DNA of 64,000 bases, taken from assembly GCF_009914755.1 (NCBI RefSeq), contig NC_060928.1. One strand, given 5' to 3'. This stretch comes from the human T2T-CHM13v2.0 reference genome, Homo sapiens. The notes below the pieces were generated by a model. It made no database searches. It saw only the letters and a list, made by a program, of their open reading frames with translations, and had not been told where the DNA came from. The number at the start of each line of letters is the position of its first letter. Within the stretch, counting starts at the first letter, position 1. A program made the translations under genes and the position numbers. Below are positions 26,301 through 40,400 of this stretch, in pieces.

Positions 26301-29300
26301 TATTCGGATGGCTCTGAGGATTTCGTTGGAAGCGGGATTACATATAAAATCTAGAGAGAAGCATTCTCAGGAACTTCTTTGTGATGTTTGCTTTGAAGTC
26401 ACAGAATTGAACATTCACTTTGATAGAGCAGGTTTGAAACACTCATTCTGTAGTATCTGGAAGTGGACATTTCAAGCGCTTTCAGGCCTATGGTGAGAAA
26501 GGAAATATCTTTGAATAAAAACTAGACAGAAGCATCCTCAGAAACTTATTTGTGATGTGTGTCCTCAACTAACAGAGTTGAAACTTTGTTTTGATACAGC
26601 ATTTTGGAAACACTCTTTTTGTAGAATCTGCAGGTGGATATTTGGATAGCTTAGAGGGATTCGTTGGAAAGGGGATATCTTCATATAAAATCTAGACAGA
26701 AGCATTCTCAGAAACTTATTTGTGATGTGTGTCCTCAACTAACAGAGTTGAACTTTGGTTTCGATACAGCATTTTGGAAACACTCCTTTTGTAGAATCTG
26801 CAGGTGGATATGTGGATAGCTCTGAAGATTTCGTTGGAAACGGGAATTTCTTCATATAAAATCAAACAGAAGCATTCTCAGAAACTTCTCAGTGATGTTT
26901 GCATTCAGCTCATGGAGTTGAACACTTCCTTTCATAGAGCCGGTTTGAAACACTCTTTCTGCACTACCTGGAAGAGGACATTTCGAGCGCTTTGAGTCCT
27001 ATGGTGAAAAAGGAAATATCTTCTCATAAAAACCAGAAAGAAGCATTCTCAGAAACTTCTTTGTGTTGTGTGTACTCATGTAACAGTGTTGAACCATCCT
27101 TTTGACAGAGCAGTTTTGAAACACTCTTTTTGTAGAATCTGCAAGTGGATATTTGGATAGCTTTGAGGATTTCGTTGGAAACGGGATGACATATAATATC
27201 TAGAGAGAAGCATTCTCAGGAACTTCTTTGTGATGTTTGCATTCAAGTCACAGAATTGAACATTCCCTTTCATAGAGCAGGTTTGAAACACTCTTTCTCT
27301 AGTATCTGGAAGTGGGCATTTCAAGCGCTTTCAGGCCTATGGAGAGAAAGGAAATACCTTCAAATAAAAACTAGACAGAAGCATTCTCAGAAACTTATTT
27401 GTGATGTGTGTCCTCAACTAACAGAGTTGAACCTTTGTTTTGATACAGCATTTTGGAAACACTCCTTTTGTAGAATCTGCAGGTGGATATTTGGATAGCT
27501 TTGAAGATTTCGTTGGAAACCGGAATATCTTCATATAAAATCAAGACAGAAGCATTCTCGGAAACATCTCTGTGATGTTTGCATTCAACTCAGTAGAGTT
27601 GAACACTTCCTTTCATAGAGCAGGTTTGAAACACTCTTTCTGCACTACCTGGAAGCGGACATTTCGAGCGCTTTGAGGCCTATGGTGAAAAAGGAAATAT
27701 CTTCTCATAAAAACCAGAAAGAAGCATTCTCAGAAACTTCTTTGTGTTGTGTGTACTCAAGTAACAGTGTTGAACCTTCCTTTTGACACAGCAGTTTTGA
27801 AACACTCTTTTGGTAGAATCTGCAAGTGGATATTTGGATAGCTTTGAGGATTTCGTTGGAAACGGGTTATCTTCATATAAAATCCAGACAGGAGCATTCT
27901 CAGAAACTTCTTTGTGCTGTATGTCCTCAATTCACAGAGCTGAACCTTTGTTTGGATACAGCATTTTGGAGACATTCCTTTAGTAGAATCTGCAAGTTGA
28001 TATTTAGATAGCTTTGAAGATTTCGTTGGAAACGGGAATATCTTCATAGAAAATCTAGACGGAAGCATTCTCAGAAACTGCTTTGTGATGTTTGCATTCA
28101 AGTCACAGAGTTGAATATTCCCTTTTATAGAGTAGGTTTGAAACACTCTTTCGGCACTACCTGGAAGTGGATATTTCGAGCTCTTTGAGGCCTATGGTTA
28201 AAAGGAAATATCTTCCCATAAAAACTAGACAGAAGTCGTCTCAGAAACTTGTTTGTGATGTGTGTATTCAACTAACAGAGTTGAACATTTCTGTTACAGA
28301 GCAATTTGAAAACACTCTTTTTGTGGAATCTGAAAGTGGATAATTGGATAGCTTTGTGGATTTCGTTGGAAACGGGATGACGTATAAAATCTAGAGAGAA
28401 GCATTCTCAGGAACTTCTTTCTGATGTTTGCATTCAAGTCACAGAATTGAACATTCCTTTTCATAGTGCAGGTTTGAAACACTCTTTCTGTAGTATCTGG
28501 AAGTGGACATTTCAAGCGCTTTCAGGCCTACGGGGAGAAAGGAAATATCTTCAAATAAAAACTAGACAGAAGGATTCTCAGAAACTTATTTGTGATGTGT
28601 GTCCTAAACGAACACAGTTGAACCTTTGTTTTGATACAGCATTTTGGAAACACTCCTTTTGTAGGATCTGCAGGTGGATATTTGGATAGATTTTAAGATT
28701 TCGTTGGAAACGGGAATTTCTTCATAGAAACTCAAGACAGATGCATTCTCAGAAACTTCTCTGTGATGTTTGCATTCCACTCATAGAGTTGAAAACTTCC
28801 TTTCATAGAGCAGGTTTGAAACACTCTTTTTGTAATATTTGGAAGTGGACATTTGCAGCGCTTTGAGGCCTATGGTGAAAAAGGAAATATCTTCTCATAA
28901 AAACCAGAAACAAGCATTCTCAGAAACTTCTTTTTGATGTGTGTACTCAAGTAACAGAGTTGAACCTTCCTTTTGACACAGCAGTTTTGAAACAATCTTT
29001 TTGTAGAATCTGCAAGTGGATATTTGGATAGCTTTGAGGATTTCGTTGGAAACGGGATATCTTCATATAAAATCTAGACAGAAGCATTCTCAGAAACTTC
29101 TTTGTGCTGTATGTCCTCAATTAACAGAGTTGAACCATTGCTTGGATACAGCATTTTGGAAAGATTCCTTTAGTAGAATCTGCAAGTTGATATTTAGATA
29201 GATTTGAAGATTTCGTTGGAAAAGGGAATATCTCCATAGAAAATCTAGAGGGAAGCATTCTCAGAAACTGCTTTGTGATGTTTCCATTCAAGTCACAGAG

Positions 29301-32300
29301 TTGAATATTCCCTTTTATAGAGCACGTTTGAAACACTCTTTCTGCACTATCTGGAAGTGGACATTTCGAGCGCTTTGAGGCCTATGGTGAAAAAGGAAAT
29401 ATCTTCCCACAAAAACTAGACAGAAGCATTCTCAGAAACTTGTTTGTGATGTGTGTATTCAACTAACAGAGTTGAACTTTTGTTTTTACAGAGCCGTTTT
29501 AAAACACTCTTTTTGTGGAATCAGAAAGTGGATATTCGGATGGCTCTGAGGATTTCGTTGGAAGCGGGATTACATATAAAATCTAGAGAGAAGCATTCTC
29601 AGGAACTTCTTTGTGATGTTTGCATTGAAGTCACAGAATTGAACATTCACTTTGATAGAGCAGGTTTGAAACACTCATTCTGTAGTATCTGGAAGTGGAC
29701 ATTTCAAGCGCTTTCAGGCCTATGGTGAGAAAGGAAATATCTTCGAATAAAAACTAGACAGAAGCATCCTCAGAAACTTATTTGTGATGTGTGTCCTCAA
29801 CTAACAGAGTTGAAACTTTGTTTTGATACAGCATTTTGGAAACACTCTTTTTGTAGAATCTGCAGGTGGATATTTGGATAGCTTAGAGGGATTCGTTGGA
29901 AAGGGGATATCTTCATATAAAATCTAGACAGAAGCATTCTCAGAAACTTATTTGTGATGTGTGTCCTCAACTAACAGAGTTGAACCTTGGTTTTGATACA
30001 GCATTTTGGAAACACTCCTTTTGTAGAATCTGCAGGTGGATATGTGGATAGCTCTGAAGATTTCGTTGGAAACGGGAATTTCTTCATATAAAATCAAACA
30101 GAAGCATTCTCAGAAACTTCTCAGTGATGTTTGCATTCAGCTCATGGAGTTGAACACTTCCTTTCATAGAGCCGGTTTGAAACACTCTTTCTGCACTACC
30201 TGGAAGAGGACATTTCGAGCGTTTTGAGTCCTATGGTGAAAAAGGAAATATCTTCTCATAAAAACCAGAAAGAAGCATTCTCAGAAACTTCTTTGTGTTG
30301 TGTGTACTCATGTAACAGTGTTGAACCATCCTTTTGACAGAGCAGTTTTGAAACACTCTTTTTGTAGAATCTGCAAGTGGATATTTGGATAGCTTTGAGG
30401 ATTTCGTTGGAAACGGGATGACATATAATATCTAGAGAGAAGCATTCTCAGGAACTTCTTTGTGATGTTTGCATTCAAGTCACAGAATTGAACATTCCCT
30501 TTCATAGAGCAGGTTTGAAACACTCTTTCTCTAGTATCTGGAAGTGGGCATTTCAAGCGCTTTCAGGCCTATGGAGAGAAAGGGAATACCTTCAAATAAA
30601 AACTAGACAGAAGCATTCTCAGAAACTTATTTGTGATGTGTGTCCTCAACTAACAGAGTTGAACCTTTGTTTTGATACAGCATTTTGGAAACACTCCTTT
30701 TGTAGAATCTGCAGGTGGATATTTGGATAGCTTTGAAGATTTCGTTGGAAACCGGAATATCTTCATATAAAATCAAGACAGAAGCATTCTCGGAAACATC
30801 TCTGTGATGTTTGCATTCAACTCAGTAGAGTTGAACACTTCCTTTCATAGAGCAGGTTTGAAACACTCTTTCTGCACTACCTGGAAGCGGACATTTCGAG
30901 CGCTTTGAGGCCTATGGTGAAAAAGGAAATATCTTCTCATAAAAACCAGAAAGAAGCATTCTCAGAAACTTCTTTGTGTTGTGTGTACTCAAGTAACAGT
31001 GTTGAACCTTCCTTTTGACAGAGCAGTTTTGAAACACTCTTTTGGTAGAATCTGCAAGTGGATATTTGGATAGCTTTGAGGATTTCGTTGGAAACGGGTT
31101 ATCTTCATATAAAATCCAGACAGGAGCATTCTCAGAAACTTCTTTGTGCTGTATGTCCTCAATTCACAGAGCTGAACCTTTGTTTGGATACAGCATTTTG
31201 GAGACATTCCTTTAGTAGAATCTGCAAGTTGATATTTAGATAGCTTTGAAGATTTCGTTGGAAACGGGAATATCTTCATAGAAAATCTAGACGGAAGCAT
31301 TCTCAGAAACTGCTTTGTGATGTTTGCATTCAAGTCACAGAGTTGAATATTCCCTTTTATAGAGTAGGTTTGAAACACTCTTTCGGCACTACCTGGAAGT
31401 GGATATTTCGAGCTCTTTGAGGCCTATGGTTAAAAGGAAATATCTTCCCATAAAAACTAGACAGAAGCCGTCTCAGAAACTTGTTTGTGATGTGTGTATT
31501 CAACTAACAGAGTTGAACATTTCTGTTACAGAGCAATTTTAAAACACTCTTTTTGTGGAATCTGAAAGTGGATAATTGGATAGCTTTGTGGATTTCGTTG
31601 GAAACGGGATGACGTATAAAATCTAGAGAGAAGCATTCTCAGGAACTTCTTTCTGATGTTTGCATTCAAGTCACAGAATTGAACATTCCTTTTCATAGTG
31701 CAGGTTTGAAACACTCTTTCTGTAGTATCTGGAAGTGGACATTTCAAGCGCTTTCAGGCCTACGGGGAGAAAGGAAATATCTTCAAATAAAAACTAGACA
31801 GAAGGATTCTCAGAAACTTATTTGTGATGTGTGTCCTAAACGAACACAGTTGAACCTTTGTTTTGATACAGCATTTTGGAAACACTCCTTTTGTAGGATC
31901 TGCAGGTGGATATTTGGATAGATTTTAAGATTTCGTTGGAAACGGGAGTTTCTTCATATAAACTCAAGACAGATGCATTCTCAGAAACTTCTCTGTGATG
32001 TTTGCATTCCACTCATAGAGTTGAAAACTTCCTTTCATAGAGCAGGTTTGAAACACTCTTTTTGTAATATTTGGAAGTGTACATTTGCAGCGCTTTGAGG
32101 CCTATGGTGAAAAAGGAAATATCTTCTCATAAAAACCAGAAACAAGCATTCTCAGAAACTTCTTTTTGATGTGCGTACTCAAGTAACAGAGTTGAACCTT
32201 CCTTTTGACACAGCAGTTTTGAAACAATCTTTTTGTAGAATCTGCAAGTGGATATTTGGATAGCTTTGAGGATTTCGTTGGAAACGGGATATCTTCATAT

Positions 32301-33509
32301 AAAATCTAGACAGAAGCATTCTCAGAAACTTCTTTGTGCTGTATGTCCTCAATTAACAGAGTTGAACGATTGCTTGGATACAGCATTTTGGAAACATTCC
32401 TTTAGTAGAATCTGCAAGTTGATATTTAGATAGATTTGAAGATTTCGTTGGAAACGGGAATATCTCCATAGAAAATCTAGACGGAAGCATTCTCAGAAAC
32501 TGCTTTGTGATGTTTCCATTCAAGTCACAGAGTTGAATATTCCCTTTTATAGAGCACGTTTGAAACACTCTTTCTGCACTATCTGGAAGTGGACATTTCG
32601 AGCGCTTTGAGGCCTACGGTGAAAAAGGAATTATCTTCCCATAAAAACTAGACAGAAGCATTCTCAGAAACTTGTTTGTGATGTGTGTATTCAACTAACA
32701 GAGTTGAACTTTTGTTTTTACAGAGCCGTTTTTAAACACTCTTTTTGTGGAATCAGAAAGTGGATATTCGGATGGCTCTGAGGATTTCGTTGGAAGCGGG
32801 ATTACGTATAAAATCTAGAGAGAAGCATTCTCAGGAACTTCTTTGTGATGTTTGCATTGAAGTCACAGAATTGAACATTCACTTTGATAGAGCAGGTTTG
32901 AAACACTCATTCTGTAGTATCTGGAAGTGGACATTTCAAGCGCTTTCAGGCCTATGGTGAGAAAGGAAATATCTTCGAATAAAAACTAGACAGAAGCATC
33001 CTCAGAAACTTATTTGTGATGTGTGTCCTCAACTAACAGAGTTGAAACTTTGTTTTGATACAGCATTTTGGAAACACTCTTTTTGTAGAATCTGCAGGTG
33101 GATATTTGGATAGCTTAGAGGGATTCGTTGGAAAGGGGATATCTTCATATAAAATCTAGACAGAAGCATTCTCAGAAACTTATTTGTGATGTGTGTCCTC
33201 AACTAACAGAGTTGAACCTTGGTTTTGATACAGCATTTTGGAAACACTCCTTTTGTAGAATCTGCAGGTGGATATGTGGATAGCTCTGAAGATTTCGTTG
33301 GAAACGGGAATTTCTTCATATAAAATCAAACAGAAGCATTCTCAGAAACTTCTCAGTGATGTTTGCATTCAGCTCATGGAGTTGAACACTTCCTTTCATA
33401 GAGCCGGTTTGAAACACTCTTTCTGCACTACCTGGAAGAGGACATTTCGAGCGCTTTGAGTCCTATGGTGAAAAAGGAAATATCTTCTCATAAAAACCAG
33501 AAAGAAGCA
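17350..33509 (+). repeat. HOR copies 6-10, canonical 19-mers (starts 17350, 20582, 23814, 27046, 30278)
   Basis: Marker ORF spacing is exactly 3232 each. Confidence 0.93.
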
Positions 33510-36500
33510 TTCTCAGAAACTTCTTTGTGTTGTGTGTACTCATGTAACAGTGTTGAACCATCCTTTTGACAGAGCAGTTTTGAAACACTCTTTTTGTAGA
33601 ATCTGCAAGTGGATATTTGGATAGCTTTGAGGATTTCGTTGGAAACGGGATGACATATAATATCTAGAGAGAAGCATTCTCAGGAACTTCTTTGTGATGT
33701 TTGCATTCAAGTCACAGAATTGAACATTCCCTTTCATAGAGCAGGTTTGAAACACTCTTTCTCTAGTATCTGGAAGTGGGCATTTCAAGCGCTTTCAGGC
33801 CTATGGAGAGAAAGGAAATACCTTCAAATAAAAACTAGACAGAAGCATTCTCAGAAACTTATTTGTGATGTGTGTCCTCAACTAACAGAGTTGAACCTTT
33901 GTTTTGATACAGCATTTTGGAAACACTCCTTTTGTAGAATCTGCAGGTGGATATTTGGATAGCTTTGAAGATTTCGTTGGAAACCGGAATATCTTCATAT
34001 AAAATCAAGACAGAAGCATTCTCGGAAACATCTCTGTGATGTTTGCATTCAACTCAGTAGAGTTGAACACTTCCTTTCATAGAGCAGGTTTGAAACACTC
34101 TTTCTGCACTACCTGGAAGCGGACATTTCGAGCGCTTTGAGGCCTATGGTGAAAAAGGAAATATCTTCTCATAAAAACCAGAAAGAAGCATTCTCAGAAA
34201 CTTCTTTGTGTTGTGTGTACTCAAGTAACAGTGTTGAACCTTCCTTTTGACACAGCAGTTTTGAAACACTCTTTTGGTAGAATCTGCAAGTGGATATTTG
34301 GATAGCTTTGAGGATTTCGTTGGAAACGGGTTATCTTCATATAAAATCCAGACAGGAGCATTCTCAGAAACTTCTTTGTGCTGTATGTCCTCAATTCACA
34401 GAGCTGAACCTTTGTTTGGATACAGCATTTTGGAAACATTCCTTTAGTAGAATCTGCAAGTTGATATTTAGATAGCTTTGAAGATTTCGTTGGAAACGGG
34501 AATATCTTCATAGAAAATCTAGACGGAAGCATTCTCAGAAACTGCTTTGTGATGTTTGCATTCAAGTCACAGAGTTGAATATTCCCTTTTATAGAGTAGG
34601 TTTGAAACACTCTTTCGGCACTACCTGGAAGTGGATATTTCGAGCTCTTTGAGGCCTATGGTTAAAAGGAAATATCTTCCCATAAAAACTAGACAGAAGC
34701 CGTCTCAGAAACTTGTTTGTGATGTGTGTATTCAACTACCAGAGTTGAACATTTCTGTTACAGAGCAATTTTAAAACACTCTTTTTGTGGAATCTGAAAG
34801 TGGATAATTGGATAGCTTTGTGGATTTCGTTGGAAACGGGATGACGTATAAAATCTAGAGAGAAGCATTCTCAGGAACTTCTTTCTGATGTTTGCATTCA
34901 AGTCACAGAATTGAACATTCCTTTTCATAGTGCAGGTTTGAAACACTCTTTCTGTAGTATCTGGAAGTGGACATTTCAAGCGCTTTCAGGCCTACGGGGA
35001 GAAAGGAAATATCTTCAAATAAAAACTAGACAGAAGGATTCTCAGAAACTTATTTGTGATGTGTGTCCCAAACGAACACAGTTGAACCTTTGTTTTGATA
35101 CAGCATTTTGGAAACACTCCTTTTGTAGGATCTGCAGGTGGATATTTGGATAGATGTTAAGATTTCGTTGGAAAAGGGAATTTCTTCATATAAACTCAAG
35201 ACAGATGCATTCTCAGAAACTTCTCTGTGATGTTTGCATTCCACTCATAGAGTTGAAAACTTCCTTTCATAGAGCAGGTTTGAAACACTCTTTCTGCACT
35301 ACCTGGAAGCGGACATTTCGAGCGCTTTGAGGCCTATGGTGAAAAAGGAAATATCTTCTCATAAAAACCAGAAAGAAGCATTCTCAGAAACTTCTTTGTG
35401 TTGTGTGTACTCAAGTAACAGTGTTGAACCTTCCTTTTGACAGAGCAGTTTTGAAACACTCTTTTGGTAGAATCTGCAAGTGGATATTTGGATAGCTTAG
35501 AGGATTTCGTTGGAAACGGGTTATCTTCATATAAAATCCAGACAGGAGCATTCTCAGAAACTTCTTTGTGCTGTATGTCCTCAATTCACAGAGCTGAACC
35601 TTTGTTTGGATACAGCGTTTTGGAGACATTCCTTTAGTAGAATCTGCAAGTTGATATTTAGATAGCTTTGAAGATTTCGTTGGAAACGGGAATGTCTTCA
35701 TAGAAAATTTAGACGGAAGCATTCTCAGAAACTGCTTTGTGATGTTTGCATTCAAGTCACAGAGTTGAATATTCCCTTTTATAGAGTAGGTTTGAAACAC
35801 TCTTTCGGCACTACCTGGAAGTGGATATTTCGAGCTCTTTGAGGCCTATGGTTAAAAGGAAATATCTTCCCATAAAAACTAGACAGAAGCCGTCTCAGAA
35901 ACTTGTTTGTGATGTGTGTATTCAACTAACAGAGTTGAACATTTCTGTTACAGAGCAATTTTAAAACACTCTTTTTGTGGAATCTGAAAGTGGATAATTG
36001 GATAGCTTTGTGGATTTCGTTGGAAACGGGATGACGTATAAAATCTAGAGAGAAGCATTCTCAGGAACTTCTTTCTGATGTTTGCATTCAAGTCACAGAA
36101 TTGAACATTCCTTTTCATAGTGCAGGTTTGAAACACTCTTTCTGTAGTATCTGGAAGTGGACATTTCAAGCGCTTTCAGGCCTACGGGGAGAAAGGAAAT
36201 ATCTTCAAATAAAAACTAGACAGAAGGATTCTCAGAAACTTATTTGTGATGTGTGTCCTAAACGAACACAGTTGAACCTTTGTTTTGATACAGCATTTTG
36301 GAAACACTCCTTTTGTAGGATCTGCAGGTGGATATTTGGATAGATTTTAAGATTTCGTTGGAAACGGGAGTTTCTTCATAGAAACTCAAGACAGATGCAT
36401 TCTCAGAAACTTCTCTGTGATGTTTGCATTCCACTCATAGAGTTGAAAACTTCCTTTCATAGAGCAGGTTTGAAACACTCTTTTTGTAATATTTGGAAGT

Positions 36501-37422
36501 GTACATTTGCAGCGCTTGAGGCCTATGGTGAAAAAGGAAATATCTTCTCATAAAAACCAGAAACAAGCATTCTCAGAAACTTCTTTTTGATGTGTGTACT
36601 CAAGTAACAGAGTTGAACCTTCCTTTTGACACAGCAGTTTTGAAACAATCTTTTTGTAGAATCTGCAAGTGGATATTTGGATAGCTTTGAGGATTTCGTT
36701 GGAAACGGGATATCTTCATATAAAATCTAGACAGAAGCATTCTCAGAAACATCTTTGTGCTGTATGTCCTCAATTAACAGAGTTGAACCATTGCTTGGAT
36801 ACAGCATTTTGGAAACATTCCTTTAGTAGAATCTGCAAGTTGATATTTAGATAGATTTGAAGATTTCGTTGGAAACGGGAATATCTCCATAGAAAATCTA
36901 GACGGAAGCATTCTCAGAAACTGCTTTGTGATGTTTCCATTCAAGTCACAGAGTTGAATATTCCCTTTTATAGAGCACGTTTGAAACACTCTTTCTGCAC
37001 TATCTGGAAGTGGACATTTCGAGCGCTTTGAGGCCTATGGTGAAAAAGGAATTATCTTCCCATAAAAACTAGACAGAAGCATTCTCAGAAACTTATTTGT
37101 GATGTGTGTCCTCAACAAACAGAGTTGAACCTTGGTTTTGATACAGCATTTTGGAAACACTCCTTTTGTAGAATCTGCAGGTGGATATGTGGATAGCTCT
37201 GAAGATTTCGTTGGAAACGGGAATTTCTTCATATAAAATCAAACAGAAGCATTCTCAGAAACTTCTCAGTGATGTTTGCATTCAGCTCATGGAGTTGAAC
37301 ACTTCCTTTCATAGAGCCGGTTTGAAACACTCTTTCTGCACTACCTGGAAGAGGACATTTCGAGCGCTTTGAGTCCTATGGTGAAAAAGGAAATATCTTC
37401 TCATAAAAACCAGAAAGAAGCA
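33510..37422 (+). repeat. HOR copy 11, 23-mer variant (m1-10, m11/m4 hybrid, m5-14, m18-19), 3913 bp
   Basis: Spacing 33720 to 37633 = 3913 = 3232 + 1190 - 508 - 1. The m14 end is joined to the m18 start at ~37069-37094; 1 bp deletion at ~36516. Confidence 0.92.
35210..35380 (+). repeat. Hybrid monomer m11/m4
   Basis: Same junction as 14628-14798; switch within 35259-35293. Confidence 0.9.
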
Positions 37423-40400
37423 TTCTCAGAAACTTCTTTGTGTTGTGTGTACTCATGTAACAGTGTTGAACCATCCTTTTGACAGAGCAGTTTTGAAACA
37501 CTCTTTTTATAGAATCTGCAAGTGGATATTTGGATAGCTTTGAGGATTTCGTTGGAAACGGGATGACATATAATATCTAGAGAGAAGCATTCTCAGGAAC
37601 TTCTTTGTGATGTTTGCATTCAAGTCACAGAATTGAACATTCCCTTTCATAGAGCAGGTTTGAAACACTCTTTCTCTAGTATCTGGAAGTGGGCATTTCA
37701 AGCGCTTTCAGGCCTATGGAGAGAAAGGAAATACCTTCAAATAAAAACTAGACAGAAGCATTCTCAGAAACTTATTTGTGAAGTGTGTCCTCAAGTAACA
37801 GAGTTGAACCTTTGTTTTGATACAGCATTTTGGAAACACTCCTTTTGTAGAATCTGCAGGTGGATATTTGGATAGCTTTGAAGATTTCGTTGGAAACCGG
37901 AATATCTTCATATAAAATCAAGACAGAAGCATTCTCGGAAACATCTCTGTGATGTTTGCATTCAACTCAGTAGAGTTGAACACTTCCTTTCATAGAGCAG
38001 GTTTGAAACACTCTTTCTGCACTACCTGGAAGCGGACATTTCGAGCGCTTTGAGGCCTATGGTGAAAAAGGAAATATCTTCTCATAAAAACCAGAAAGAA
38101 GCATTCTCAGAAACTTCTTTGTGTTGTGTGTACTCAAGTAACAGTGTTGAACCTTCCTTTTGACAGAGCAGTTTTGAAACACTCTTTTGGTAGAATCTGC
38201 AAGTGGATATTTGGATAGCTTTGAGGATTTCGTTGGAAACGGGTTATCTTCATATAAAATCCAGACAGGAGCATTCTCAGAAACTTCTTTGTGCTGTATG
38301 TCCTCAATTCACAGAGCTGAACCTTTGTTTGGATACAGCATTTTGGAGACATTCCTTTAGTAGAATCTGCAAGTTGATATTTAGATAGCTTTGAAGATTT
38401 CGTTGGAAACGGGAATATCTTCATAGAAAATCTAGACGGAAGCATTCTCAGAAACTGCTTTGTGATGTTTGCATTCAAGTCACAGAGTTGAATATTCCCT
38501 TTTATAGAGTAGGTTTGAAACACTCTTTCGGCACTACCTGGAAGTGGATATTTCGAGCTCTTTGAGGCCTATGGTTAAAAGGAAATATCTTCCCATAAAA
38601 ACTAGACAGAAGCCGTCTCAGAAACTTGTTTGTGATGTGTGTATTCAACTAACAGAGTTGAACATTTCTGTTACAGAGCAATTTTAAAACACTCTTTTTG
38701 TGGAATCTGAAAGTGGATAATTGGATAGCTTTGTGGATTTCGTTGGAAACGGGATGACGTATAAAATCTAGAGAGAAGCATTCTCAGGAACTTCTTTCTG
38801 ATGTTTGCATTCAAGTCACAGAATTGAACATTCCTTTTCATAGTGCAGGTTTGAAACACTCTTTCTGTAGTATCTGGAAGTGGACATTTCAAGCGCTTTC
38901 AGGCCTACGGGGAGAAAGGAAATATCTTCAAATAAAAACTAGACAGAAGGATTCTCAGAAACTTATTTGTGATGTGTGTCCTAAACGAACACAGTTGAAC
39001 CTTTGTTTTGATACAGCATTTTGGAAACACTCCTTTTGTAGGATCTGCAGGTGGATATTTGGATAGATTTTAAGATTTCGTTGGAAACGGGAGTTTCTTC
39101 ATATAAACTCAAGACAGATGCATTCTCAGAAACTTCTCTGTGATGTTTGCATTCCACTCATAGAGTTGAAAACTTCCTTTCATAGAGCAGGTTTGAAACA
39201 CTCTTTTTGTATTATTTGGAAGTGTACATTTGCAGCGCTTTGAGGCCTATGGTGAAAAAGGAAATATCTTCTCATAAAAACCAGAAACAAGCATTCTCAG
39301 AAACTTCTTTTTGATGTGCGTACTCAAGTAACAGAGTTGAACCTTCCTTTTGACACAGCAGTTTTGAAACAATCTTTTTGTAGAATCTGCAAGTGGATAT
39401 TTGGATAGCTTTGAGGATTTCGTTGGAAACGGGATATCTTCATATAAAATCTAGACAGAAGCATTCTCAGAAACTTCTTTGTGCTGTATGTCCTCAATTA
39501 ACAGAGTTGAACCATTGCTTGGATACAGCATTTTGGAAACATTCCTTTAGTAGAATCTGCAAGTTGATATTTAGATAGATTTGAAGATTTCGTTGGAAAC
39601 GGGAATATCTCCATAGAAAATCTAGACGGAAGCATTCTCAGAAACTGCTTTGTGATGTTTCCATTCAAGTCACAGAGTTGAATATTCCCTTTTATAGAGC
39701 ACGTTTGAAACACTCTTTCTGCACTATCTGGAAGTGGACATTTCGAGCGCTTTGAGGCCTATGGTGAAAAAGGAATTATCTTCCCATAAAAACTAGACAG
39801 AAGCATTCTCAGAAACTTGTTTGTGATGTGTGTATTCAACTAACAGAGTTGAACTTTTGTTTTTACAGAGCCGTTTTTAAACACTCTTTTTGTGGAATCA
39901 GAAAGTGGATATTCGGATGGCTCTGAGGATTTCGTTGGAAGCGGGATTACGTATAAAATCTAGAGAGAAGCATTCTCAGGAACTTCTTTGTGATGTTTGC
40001 ATTGAAGTCACAGAATTGAACATTCACTTTGATAGAGCAGGTTTGAAACACTCATTCTGTAGTATCTGGAAGTGGACATTTCAAGCGCTTTCAGGCCTAT
40101 GGTGAGAAAGGAAATATCTTCGAATAAAAACTAGACAGAAGCATCCTCAGAAACTTATTTGTGATGTGTGTCCTCAACTAACAGAGTTGAAACTTTGTTT
40201 TGATACAGCATTTTGGAAACACTCTTTTTGTAGAATCTGCAGGTGGATATTTGGATAGCTTAGAGGGATTCGTTGGAAAGGGGATATCTTCATATAAAAT
40301 CTAGACAGAAGCATTCTCAGAAACTTATTTGTGATGTGTGTCCTCAACTAACAGAGTTGAACCTTGGTTTTGATACAGCATTTTGGAAACACTCCTTTTG

